DNA from: Tubulanus polymorphus
Lineage: Eukaryota; Animalia; Nemertea
Assembly: GCF_964204645.1 (NCBI RefSeq)
Contig: NC_134026.1
Location: 27,128,150-27,192,149 of the forward strand
Direction of reading: 5' to 3'
Length of the DNA: 64,000 nt
The notes below the pieces were generated by a model. It worked only from the letters and a program-made list of their open reading frames with translations, searched no databases and was not told the origin of the DNA. Every line of letters starts with the position of its first letter. The stretch's first letter is position 1. The position numbers were made by a program, and so were the translations under genes. Below, in pieces: positions 1 through 12,139 of this stretch.

Positions 1-2085
1 CCTTCCCTCAAGCGCATTAATGCTCGTTCTATCTGGGTGATTAGCGCCTGGTCGTACCCGGATCTTTCCACCTCTTCACTTGGCCGAGTAAAATTACATG
101 TCTCGTCGTGTCTCCGTATAGGATTCCTCCCGGATGGTTGCATTGATCGCAAGAGCGGCTTCTCCCGTTGCGATATTCTGTGTCAATACGGCAGTACCGA
201 TGATATTTAGTGACTCCCAGCGTATCGTCGACTCATCGAACATTATCAACACAGGACCGATATCGGATCATTTGATCACAAATGGAAAATGATACATCTG
301 TTCATTCTCTTATTCCCCGATATGCTCCGTATATCTTTACACAGTTTTGTCTCTGTCGTCCGCGCTTAAAACAAAAACCCATGTCACCCAAAAAGTCGGT
401 TCAAAACATAATATGATTAATGAAATAACAGTTTATTTGTAAGATGTCTAAGCCCAGTTGTGAACGGCTCAATGGTGGACCCACATTTTTTAACTTTGAA
501 ATGGACTCATTGAACGTTGCTTTTTAGTCTTTTTGCACAAACTCTATCTTTCGACTTAACCTTTAACTGCAAACCGGGATATATGGAGAATACAGACCTT
601 TCTAAAGGTAATTCCAGTAATAAAGAATTACTTTTTCCGATATAATTCACATCGCATCATATATAAACGTTTTGACTGAGTGAATTGACAATTGCGAAAA
701 ACACAAAGAATCTTTAATTCAATTCTAGCGCTCGGTCACGCATTAAATTATTCGGAAGGTGAATCGTTAACAAATTAACGATTGCGGCGCTGTTGTCTCT
801 TCAAACCACGCCCTGTACTTGCTTTTTGCCTAATACGGATCATGCCCGTATCCATCAATTTGACTACATCCTATGTGATTCGGTATAAATAACGCGTAAA
901 TCGACCGCCGCGTTCGTCAGGTAATGTTCACCAACTATAATCAGTCCTATTAGTCGAGTCCGTTGCCATGACACTACCACGAATGGGCCCCAAATGCGAC
1001 ACACCCTGAGTTGTTGGGATTATCTATATCTACACCGTTTAGCAGACTCCTTATAATTATCTATCACATCTGACGTGGGATAACATCCACAAGTTCAGCT
1101 ACGCGCGCATATAGATATTGAAATGAATTATCTAACGTAACGAGAGAAAATGATATTATGAGCTACAGTATTCTGATCTCTATCTGATAAGAAAGGAAAA
1201 GGATAAAGATCCTGACCGATGGCTTAATCCGTTAGCCGGCCTTTTATCGGGGATTGTAAAAATGCTGAGATGTCTAAGCCGAAACACTAGTAGCGCTCTA
1301 TCTGAATTTAATTGTCCCATCAAAACGATATATTCTTAAAAGGACATCTAGATTATTGAATCAAATGAACGAGCCATTCTTGGGAATTTAGTTTTTCGAG
1401 GCCATCTGCCAAATTTCTATTTCAGTTCAATTGCTAACTAGTGTTAAACAAGAATGCTGTCAACAAATATTAATTAAAATGTGGAAATTGGAACGGACGG
1501 AATCTATTTCAGCAGTTCATTAGCGCCGCAGAAACTGATAATTGAAACTCCATGGACACGTCCCATAACAAAACTCTAAATGGTATCAACTTTTGCCGGA
1601 ACCGTAAAACCCCAGTCAACGAACAAATCAAAGGAACAGATTTCTCGTGTATCCTCTTTGACTTGGAGTGGTTTTTAGTCGCTCGCTGACGAAACGACAA
1701 AGACCAAATGGGATGTGAGATCGATCATGGTAGATGCGAGTAAAATGGCTACAAGGCATGTAATCATCCGGTATCATCACAATGTAACATGGGTGTGGTC
1801 CATTCAATTTAGCGTATATGCGTGTATAGACATACCTCCCGTCGACACTATCCCGAACAAAAACCATACATCTTTTTGCAATAAATGATTATGAAAATGA
1901 TACAGCGATAAAATACAACCATCTACAGAACATGTTACTTATAATCAATTTATTCCAATGAAAGAAAACGAGAAAAAAAAACATACGAAAAGATGCCTTC
2001 ATCGGTAAAATCCATAGACTTATATATCATGAGACCAATTACTCTGGAGAATTAGATCCTTTGGAAAAATTTATCATTTTAGCAA

Positions 2086-2280
2086 TTAGGCTAGAAAATG
2101 ATTCCTTGTTTCGCCTAATCGGCCGGGTCATTTTGTAAATCGCAATGAAATTTGGTATTTGTTCATTTATATAGCTGCCGGGCATGTTATGGTTAGCTTG
2201 ATATGGTTAGGCGGCCGGCCGGGTCAACTTTTAAGCTGAGCAGAAAGGAGAAACAAGGCATAAATCTCTTTGAGCCTTAA
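2086..2280. mobile_element. Non-autonomous inverted-repeat element (MITE-like)
   Basis: Ends TTAGGCT...AGCCTTAA; subterminal inverted pair CCTTGTTTCGCCT / AGGAGAAACAAGG (12/13); internal direct repeat CGGCCGGGTCA. Confidence 0.55.
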
Positions 2281-3131
2281 TTAAGGTATCAATTTGTGAG
2301 TTTCTGGGACCGTCTACGTCAATTAAACTTCGTCAATTAATTAACGTAAACGCTACCTGTATGAACAAGCTTCAAAAAAATCTTTTTGATGAATACTAAT
2401 TTGTAACTTCTTATTTTGCATCTTCGTCTAGATCTTTCCGCTGCGGACCGATGTCCGAGGGAAATATAGCTTCTATCATTCTATGGATATAAAATGATAA
2501 ATGATAAATGTATATCGAAAGGGGGAAATAGATTATACGCGAATTTTCAATCAGCGTTGAATCGGAAATGCCGCTGGTACAAATTACGAAATGTGATTAG
2601 ACAGGACCATCACCTGTCGCGTGCAGTTGATGGGACACTGCGGCGCATGTTTCAGGTATTACTAGGATGAATTCTACTGTAAATCAATGGTATTAGATTA
2701 CATGAGTCGATGTACGAATACTTTTTAGGTACATGAGAGAATGCGCCATATGGAGTTGATATCATCAACATCAAAATATTCTTCAAAATGCCGTTTTAAA
2801 AAACTCATCATCGGCAAACGACGACAAAGAGAGAGTGAGCGTGATGCAATGGTCACGTGGATGTTAGCATATTGCGTACGTAAGTACCATATTCAGCTTG
2901 ACAAGTTTTGATTAATAACCGGCAAACCACACAAAAATAAAGTATATTAAAATCATTATACAAATCCAACTACGTAATTATTTCGACACTTTCAGATGTT
3001 CATTTGTAAATGCTTTTTATGATTTCAATTATCTATTGAGTATTTCTTTTTTTGGAAACTTTTTCGTAAAATCATAATTTCTTTTTAAATAATAATTTTC
3101 GTTCTCAAAAAAGTAATCATCAAGTTCTTAC

Positions 3132-3434
3132 CGTATGTTTTGTCGGAACGTATAGAACTTTTGTTAGTGGATCGTCGTCATCAAGTTCGTGTCCTTCTGG
3201 AGGTCCGATGCGGAACCCTTTCGCTTTCACCCAAAATCTGAATTTGGAGTTATCGGCTGAATTGTGTTCTTCGCCTGAAAGTGTCTTCACGATCCTGTTG
3301 TACTTTTTTCTAGTGACAGTTTTCGTTTTCCCGCTGTCACCGTAGTTTTTCAAAGCCCAGGCCTGGAAAATGTTGTACATCTCTAGTTTGACATCGTCGG
3401 ATACGTGAACGACTGTCGCTGCTGCTGAAGACAT
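3132..3434 (-). CDS. NOL4: Nucleolar protein 4 / NOL4-like, first coding exon (no further exons recognised in 1-3131; gene probably continues beyond the left edge)
   Basis: MYNIFQAWALKNYGDSGKTKTVTRKKYNRIVKTL...DNSKFRFWVKAKGF...VLYVPTK matches the conserved NOL4/NOL4L N-terminus. The exon ends at a phase-0 GTAAGA donor at 3131 (minus). Confidence 0.9.
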
Positions 3435-4490
3435 GTTTATAGCAGTACGGCAGGTGAGAGTAGTGCGAGCGGGATGCAGGATGAACGAATGAGCGACCTG
3501 AGCGAGAGAGAGAAAGCTTGCGATATCACACCGGCCGGTATTGTCAGCTTTCAGTACTGATTAAATCCCTCGCGGCGATATTGGGACGAGAGATGCCGTA
3601 CGTGTAACCGGAGCCAATCAGGATCTGTCTCACGTCGATGTCCCATTACCGGATGGAAGATGTACTGAGTTCTGAGAGATAATTGAAGGGGATGCGATTG
3701 ACGCACGCCCTCCCGCAGGTATTTCAAAGCGCACTGAAAGCTCACTGAAAGCGGATTCGTAATAATTAAACCACATATGGTATCCTACTAAAACCTCTGT
3801 GCATCATGTTGTATCCGATCAACCCGTCAACTTTAATTCCCTTATCAACCAGTTCGGCGTGTATCATCTATTCGACATGGAAAGTCATGATTTAAGAAAT
3901 GTTTGCTTCGAAAAGTAAAATTATCGTCGAAAAGTGAAATTATCGTAGCTGATTTCTCTCGTTCAAACCAAATCATCGATGTTTTCCAGTTTCAGGGGGT
4001 GGTCTCGGGGTCCGGACCCCTGCCTTTCTGCTGAGGTTGCCCATTTCGTCATGACAAAGATATATACATGTATATATTAAAAGCCCTCAAATTTGACACT
4101 CATGATTTCATTTCGAAATTTGCTTCTTTTAGGTTCTTTTAGGATACATATTTTCAAAAATACATAACACCGAGGGTGGAATCAGTGGCCTATGAGATGG
4201 CTGCTTTAAACTAGAAATACCTTTTCTTTTCCTCTGCACCCGGCCTTCGAATTTTTAGAATCCGCCCTTGAAAGTATCTATTACTGTTTCTATTTACGAA
4301 TTAATCTAGAAAGTAAATATTGAATTCAAGAATATCAGAACGTGTATCATCACATCGTGCCGGAATAGAGAAAGTAACGTTCCAGGAGGCCACATCCTAA
4401 TCACCGTCCAGGTAATGCTGCCTGCATGCAGTGCACTGTATCTTAGCGTCTAGCTGGATAATTATTGTCGGATTATATTGTAAGTCTAAC

Positions 4491-4527
4491 CATGGACTCT
4501 AAAACGAAGAGAGTTTTAGAGTCCATG
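4491..4527. mobile_element. 37-bp perfect inverted-repeat insertion with 7-bp target-site duplication
   Basis: GTCTAAC|CATGGACTCTAAAAC-GAAGAGA-GTTTTAGAGTCCATG|GTCTAAC: 15-bp perfect inverted arms, with direct repeats at 4484-4490 and 4528-4534. Confidence 0.75.
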
Positions 4528-5329
4528 GTCTAACCATAGTTAGAACTCTATGTTCCAATGGACAAACAACATGCGATATTTCAAAATAGTTTTACTCGAG
4601 ACGGGGGGCATGGGTGTGCCGAATGCTCCGTTTTGAAATCGAAGTTGCTTTGTGCCTGGTGAGGTATTGTTTACCTAAGGAATTATCAGGGGCGGTAACG
4701 GAATTTCTGTGTGTAAAGGTTGGAAAACGTTTCTCTGTGTGGTGACCAAATCTTCAAAATATTTTTTGGGGAAATCCTATAAACCCCCGGCTTTTGCCGG
4801 ATCACATTGAACTTTGATCGGTGCTCGGAGTCCTTCCATTCCTTCCAAATCCGAAACCTATAAAAATCCTAATGAAGCAACAATAGTGACAAATCACTCG
4901 TGCAGTAGAGGTGGGGTCTTGAATTATTCTAACATTTTGTTGTTTGATATTGTTTGTCTCCATCTTAAAGCCTAACGATATTGTTTAGTACCGGTCGGTA
5001 GGGCCTACAAAGAGCGTGACACATCGTCAGATATTTTCATACTGACGAAAAAGAAAAAAAATTGACTTTATTTCTAGAATGTCAGCTAACGAGAGATTTC
5101 GTGAGTCGTTTAGGCAAAAATCGAATATAAATTCATCCGTCGATTTGTCACGAGTTTATTAAGATAGGGGTCTCATTTGTTGAACAGATCACGAATCGAT
5201 TTCAATCATTCGACTTTATACAACTTTGCGGGTATCGCAATTCACTTGTATGTTCATAGTTCATCATTATGCCGCCGTTCTTTCTCGGTAACTAAACCGC
5301 GCGCTTCGGTCATACGACTATCTTATCAA

Positions 5330-5374
5330 TGACGTCACATTCCGATGACGTGTGTTTTTCATCATAATGAGTCA
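5330..5374 (+). promoter_or_regulatory. bZIP-site cluster (CRE, half-CRE, AP-1) in the probable promoter of the zinc-finger gene
   Basis: TGACGTCA 5330-5337, TGACGT 5346-5351 and TGAGTCA 5368-5374, just upstream of a candidate first exon whose GTAAGG donor is at 5534. Confidence 0.5.
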
Positions 5375-6521
5375 GTGGTTGTTTTGGTCGCGCTGTCTCG
5401 AGATTGATAGTTGTTCTTGTAATCGGTTGCCGAACGGGCACGCGTCTGAGATTATTTGTCTAAATCGAAAACCACATTCCTGAAACGATGAATTTGTCGC
5501 ACCCGAAGCGCCGAGATCGTCCGCCAGTAGAGCGTAAGGTTTATTGTCGAAATACTATTTTATTATGCAACTAAAACCCACCCCAATGTAACGGCATGCA
5601 AAACAAAGAGAGACAATAAAGGTGCAGCGTCACACAGATTTTTAAGGTCCCTGGTTCCCGTTCCGAAAAAGGAAACCGGAATATTTCGGACGCCGGGAGG
5701 CCACGAAATAGATGATACAGGAAGTGAAACAAATTCACTCCTTGTTGGGTGTTTGATAAGAAATCCAAAATGTTTGAAATGAGTCGATGAGGGATCATGT
5801 CCAGGATGTCATTGTAAGACACCTTTTTGACGGCATGAGGCCGGAGTCTGGAATTGGATTCAACAATCCAAAGAAAAAGTCATGCAACCCAAATTGGGTT
5901 TCAGTCCTGAACGTCGAGCCTGGGTCTAAAATTCCACAGTCTTTCGGTACAAGCCACGATTATTTTGGCAAATTGAAAAGACAATACTAAGTGTGATACC
6001 ACGATGCTTTGCCATTAGGTCCGTCTGAGTGAGAAGTAGGTTCCAAAAACGGCTACATGTAAAAGAATTTCGAAAAAAACTAATGATTTGCAAAAAAAGT
6101 TTCATTTTTTCAATTCTCCCATTATTTGAATAAGATTCATCACAATTTTCACCTCCTTTTTTATTTTTTTCTGTATTTCATGTGGAAAATACTTATTAAT
6201 TATTTTTACTTTATTCCTGTTCTCTTTTAAAAATTTTCCCTTCGCTCTCCCACTCTTTTCTTGAAAAAATACGTACTCCAAGTGATTAAAAAAAGCCTTA
6301 CGTAGCATTTCAAATGATATCACATTTTCGTTTCATTCTCCGATTTGAAGTTTCATGCGTGGCGCATTTACCGTATCTAGCTGCAGTTCGCCACTGTCGG
6401 ACTCAGTGTTCGCGTAGAGACGTGTCATGGCGTCGATTCAGTACTGAACTGAGATGGGGCCAGGTTAGGCCTCAACCCCGTTTGCCGCAGGTTATCGGGT
6501 TATTCTAAGTGTCCAACGATC

Positions 6522-8943
6522 ATGGAGGACGTGAATTCGTGTATAGTCTGTAAAGCGCTTTGTGGGGAATCCGAATTTGAAGATGTCACCGGTTCATTAC
6601 TCGAAACTATCGTTAAAGTGAAGGTTTTAGCTGAGCTGCCGTTTATGCTCGAACCCGGAACTCTATCAAATCGAACTGACTTAAAGATATGTCGGGTATG
6701 TAAAGGCATTTTAGAGAAGATACAAGATAATATCAAACATTTAAAAGATCGAGTTGCTCGACGGAGGGTGAATTTTGCTCGTATGCAGTTCCGTCAGAGT
6801 CGCAGCGTGAATTGTGAAAGGGATGCCGACCACGGGCCGCATCTCTCGGCCGAGTTGAACTGTGACAGCGATGGTGGAAGTCGTGATAAGCTCGGATTAG
6901 GCTTACGTCAAAGTAGTAATGAATCTAAAGAGTCAAATTCCCCGTGTACTGTGCTCAGTCATACATCATGTGTATCCGAAACAGAACAACTTGATCAATG
7001 TAGAGAGGTGCGAATACGCGTACCGCCTTCTATCAATGCAACATTTATAGTTCTAGAATCATCGGACAATTTGACTAATGACAAAGCTGCTAACAGCGGC
7101 GGTCAAAATTTACTGAGGTCATTAATCGATCAAAATGATCCTAAAGTTACCGACGTCATCGCGACTGCATCTTATGAGAAACCTCACCACGTTAATCTCA
7201 ACGCATTTGAACAAAAAACGAAGCAGCCATTCTCTCCGATAACTACCGTTAAGAACGAAGTCAAACATCAAGCGCCGATTATAAACGTAACGTCGTGCGA
7301 CGATAATTCATCGGATTCAGTGCGCAGTTCGCATAATGGTCATAGTCTACAACACGCCGGCAGTGTTGATATTCCTGTGCATCATTCCAATGATATGAAA
7401 CGTAAACGACCATTGACAACTCAGTCTCGTTCATTCGATGAGGATAGTCGCGCGAAACTGGCGAGATTAGAACAATTGCAAACCGAGTCGAATACCGCAA
7501 GTCGTAGTTTGACGGCTAGTCCAAATCCGAATCATGCCAATAGACATGTCTTACTCTCGAAGAAACTCAGTCCAGATGTAAAAGCGCTTGATTTATCTTT
7601 GCGAACCCCGGGACCCGGACAGCCGTATACTTTATGCCCGAATACAGTTAGCCTCGCCTCTCTCTCACCGACTTTGTTACGTTCTATGCCTCTTCAACAC
7701 AACAAAATGTCTAATTCATTTGACAGTCTTACGACTCAGTTGAGTCATTCATTTGATCGTGGAGCATCGATGGAAAGACAGAATACTGAAGATAGCGTGG
7801 TATCGTTCAATTCAGAAGATCCGGAAAAAGAAAGCCTGCATGTTTCAGGTGAACAAGGTAAATTTCTTTATATTATTCACAAAACTATAAACATTGAAAA
7901 TTGGAAGTTATTGGAACAGATATTGAAAATTTAAAGTATATAAAAACAGCAACTTTTTGGCTGTTTCCTACCAATAGCCATCTTCAGATGGAAACAAGTT
8001 ATTCATTCCCTGTATCTGACATTTCAACTCAAAATATTCTGTTTGCAAAAGATTATTTATCACTTGAATTATTTGTCCTGTCCTTGGAAAATAACAAATT
8101 TCCAACTATTTTTCAGATGGTAAATACCCTTGTGAGATTTGTGGAAAAAACTTTGAGAAAAAAAGCTTTTGGAAGAGACACGTTGTATGGTACCATAATG
8201 ACCAAGCTTACACATGTCTTCAGTGTGGAGGCAAATTTGCCGAACGTTTTTCTTTGCAAATCCATGAATCACATGAACACGGTATGAACAGTACAATCCC
8301 AGTCAACGTACCTGATCAGATGCTTAATCAGACTCAATCTAGAGACAACAATCTTCAAAAATCGCGCAAAAAAATTCAGTATTGCGCCCAATGTCACGAA
8401 CATTTTACCTCAAAGTACGACTTGCTACGACATCGCGTAACAACCGGACATATGGGTGGAGCAGGCGGCGTGTGTTCAGATCGTGAAGAGGAAGAGTTGG
8501 TTAATCATACACAGAAAACAAAATCTAGTATGTCTCGTCTAAGCCCATCATCACTTATAACCCCCAAAAAACTGCAGCACTCATGGTCGGCAAATCCGTA
8601 TGATTCATTGATGCCTCGTAATACACTCACAGCACCGAACCCCTTAATCAAAACAAAAGGTGTTTCTCTGGATACGGGTCTCGCGCAGGCACCGATTGAT
8701 GAAACCCCTGTTGTACCGGTGACCACTGCAGTCGATGATTCATGCGATAATAAGGACCTGCTCGGGTTCAGAAATGTAACGATGGTGAAAGCAGCGTCAA
8801 TGGATTCGGGATTGAATCGAGGATGTTCACCAGCGAGCGACGAGATGGTACGAAGTAGCAGTATGAACGAAACAAATGAGCAATATGTCTACAGTAAAGA
8901 AGGTAATCATCTTCGTGTTTTAGAAGGGCCGAACGTTAAGTGA
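6522..8943 (+). CDS. C2H2 zinc-finger protein with N-terminal C4 (ZAD/zf-AD-like) domain, ~720 aa; coding exons 6522-7857 and 8117-8943
   Basis: A phase-1 GT-AG intron (7858-8116) joins the ORFs in frame. The product has fingers YPCEICGKNFEKKSFWKRHVVWYH, YTCLQCGGKFAERFSLQIHESHEH and YCAQCHEHFTSKYDLLRHRVTTGH, an N-terminal CIVC...ICRVC followed by an amphipathic helix, and an ALDLS motif. Confidence 0.85.
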
Positions 8944-9309
8944 CAGTAGCTCTGGCTCCTTGATTTGGACCTAGCTACTTTGAAAAAAATTTTGATCTGT
9001 GATCATGTTTGATGATCACACTATAAGTGTGCACTGGAGTTTAGAGGGTGTCAGTTGTTGGTTTTGTTATAGAGACGTCAGAGAAGTTGATTGGAATGGG
9101 TGTTGAGAAGTATTTGAATGTTTTGGTCACGTTGCAGGAGTAAGCTTTGCGCTTGCATACTGCATTTATTTGACTAGTTGTCTCAAGAGAAAGTAAAAAG
9201 CGAGAACCTGCCGATGGTTTGGATAGTTTTTAACAAGTCAAATATTTGTTCAGGATTTGCATGTAATGACAAAGATGAAATGAAAAGTATTTTTAAGCGA
9301 ATGATAATA

Positions 9310-9311
<2 letters not shown>

Positions 9312-9353
<42 letters not shown>
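9312..9353. repeat. (ATT)14 microsatellite
   Basis: Directly visible trinucleotide run. Confidence 0.95.
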
Positions 9354-10057
9354 GATTATTATTGTTGAAGCATTATTGTTTATTTCTGTTGTGTGGTAAT
9401 ATAGATTTTCATTTGCGATTCACTTGAAGTTCAATATATCTTCTAGGACAACACATACAGACTGTTGAAATGATTAAAGCTATAAATTCTTCAATCGATT
9501 AGTTAAATGTCACTGATTGATTTAATTATGCATTATTGTTACGAGCGGTTTTTGTTGATCTACTGAATTAGGACCATTCACATTATTGCACTGAGTGTTG
9601 TCAGAAAAGTTGTCATCCATTATTTCTATGTCAGATTATTCAAGACTGCCAGTCGACGATATCTATTCTTATTTCTAACATATATAACAAGTATTAGTAT
9701 TCCTAGATTTAAAGCATTTTAGAAATGTATATTTTAAGGAAATGTTAACTATATAATTCATTTATTTTGTTACCCTGGCAGATATATTATGGTGGCTCAA
9801 TTTTTTACCACAAAGAGTTTTAAATCAAGTTTGCTGATCAGTGAAAATTATAGATCGGTGTTTGAGGTGGAAATCATATCTTTTTTGGTGTCTTCAGACC
9901 TACAGTGTGTTAATGGATAATATGTTTTGCTGTTGAAAGATAATTTTTTATTCAAATGGTTAGTTATAGTCATGTACCATTTACAAATAGTACATGTAAA
10001 CTAGCCAATCAAAGTGTAACTGTAAGAAAATTTACATACTCAACGAGGTTTGCCAAT

Positions 10058-10326
10058 TTCAAAGCTCGATTTGTACAATTCTAAAGAGTATCTTCCCGGG
10101 ATACGGGATCCTTCATTGTTAGCATCCTGTATCAAAATTTGGTATCCCAGCCTTCAATTCTTAATGAAGATAATACAGGAAAGAATCAAATTAAACATGT
10201 AATGGTGAAATAAGAAATGTTGTGTATCCTGTTGGGATAGTTTCATCTAAATTTTTAGTATCCCACCAAAAAATCTAGTACAGTAGATACTGAGATACTG
10301 AAGAAGTGTCAAGATCGAACTTTGAA
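10058..10326. mobile_element. MITE-like inverted-repeat element downstream of the zinc-finger CDS
   Basis: TTCAAAGCTCGAT (10058-10070) vs ATCGAACTTTGAA (10314-10326), 12/13 inverted; internal GGGATAC/GTATCCC motifs. Confidence 0.5.
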
Positions 10327-11960
10327 TTTGTATGAATTGTATGGAACATGGATGTTTGAAACATCAAACACAGGGTATATGTATAATAGTATATAGAGTA
10401 ATTTTTGATTTTCAATTTTAGGGTATGGTATAGATGAGTTGGAGATTTTTTGAAATAAAATGAATTTTAGGTCACTTATATATTTCAGAATTCAATCCTC
10501 CATATGAGTGGGATTTTGAGTGAAATGTTCTGGTATTTTGTTATTTGAGACTAAAATAGAGTCTGTTCAACAAGACAGAGTCTCCTCTCATTGGTGTTTC
10601 TTGTGAACTACCATTTTCGTTTTTTCTGATTACATCTAATGGACGTACACATCCATAATCAATCAATCAATCATTTGTTAAAGAGAAATGATACGATAAT
10701 TTTTGGTATTCCATTACTGACCTTTTATTAGATCAAACTATCGTAAACTTTCACTCTTGTCTTTAATGCTTCTGCTATTGATGTGTACCTGCGTATTCTG
10801 CCAACTTGATGATGAATGCCGGCAAGCCAAAATGTTTCAGCTGATAAGATTCTTTTTACTCAGTCGTGCATATCTATCAAATCTATAAACAGTCTTTTCG
10901 AATAATTTTTCATGCATGTATGAAAATACATTGCATTATCTAATGGAATATGGTTTCATTATCGATGTGATGTCAAAATCCAGGATTGTTAGTACATACT
11001 ACGATGCTGGTCTTTCACAGCTCATATTTCACTTCCAATAAATCAATTTTAGGACATTTGAAGAAGGCATATCATTATCGTATACGTAATTGCTAACAAT
11101 TCACTAAAATATTTTTTGACTGTCTATGGCATTAGGGAACCCACACTTCGCACTATGACATTTCATACCGATAAAAGCTGATAGTTGGCTGTATATGAAT
11201 TTCAAAGAAGAATGCGTGGCTTCAGTTATCAGATTGTTGTTGATGAGTAATCGTGATGTCACTGATCGTTCATGGTCTTTATGACAAATTACTCATCGTC
11301 AAAACGTCGAAGTGTCTTTACAGTCACAAACAGGTATATGCAGATTGCGTAGTCTCGTGTAGGTGAACGGAAATTGAGATTTTTATTTTGATGACGTCAA
11401 TGATATTGATGAAATGTCAAATTACTTGTTGTTTTCAATTCATCATAAACAGATAGAAACCTTGCCCACACAGATTATCAGACTCTTTGTCTGAGACAAA
11501 GATCACCAGTTCCAGTGAAGTGTAGTTTTCAACCGAATCATCCTTATCAGTACTTGTTGAATCAGGTAGATAAAGTACTAAGTATTCACTACAACTCATA
11601 GTATCATTTCATTGGATTACCTATGTCAATTTCAATGGCTAAAGGGGAGAGTCTGCTAGGCTTTTATAATATTTATGTCAACTTTGGTATATTAAACCTT
11701 ACTCAAATTTTTGAGCACATTATCCCTAATTTTTCTGTGCTACTCATTCAATTCATTTGTTCTTGAATGAGCTTCTATTTTCAGTTATGTCCTCAATTAT
11801 TTGTATTGAAGCTTTCTAATCTAGTCTCAAGGTTGGAAATCATTCCAATTTACTTTCAGTTCAGTTCAGTAAAAATCTGGTGAAATTTTAGATTTCAAGC
11901 TATTTCATGAACTTTTAATTATCTGATTGCATTGATTTTACATTAAGACATAAATAGCTA

Positions 11961-12139
11961 CAGTTGAACCTTGTTAATACGACTCTATTTAAAGACGAAA
12001 CACATTTATTACGATGATTTCCAGCATGTCCGGGCCAAGATATTTATGTCAATCAAGCTTTGAATATTAATAAATAACCTGTTTAATGCGACAATTTCAC
12101 TTTAGCCCACAAGATTCCAGTATCAACTAGGTTCCACTG
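11961..12139. mobile_element. Tc1/mariner-pogo-type MITE, copy 1
   Basis: TA|CAGTTGAACCTTGTTAATAC...GTATCAACTAGGTTCCACTG|TA: terminal inverted repeats match 17/20, with a TA target duplication. Confidence 0.75.

Noticed and set aside
8941-8949. Stop-codon readthrough or selenocysteine at TGA CAG TAG
   Set aside because: A second stop follows after one codon, and I recognised no SECIS element.
9178-9399. ORF with a poly-Leu, transmembrane-like stretch
   Set aside because: The Leu run is the (ATT)14 microsatellite; TTG start and no other support.
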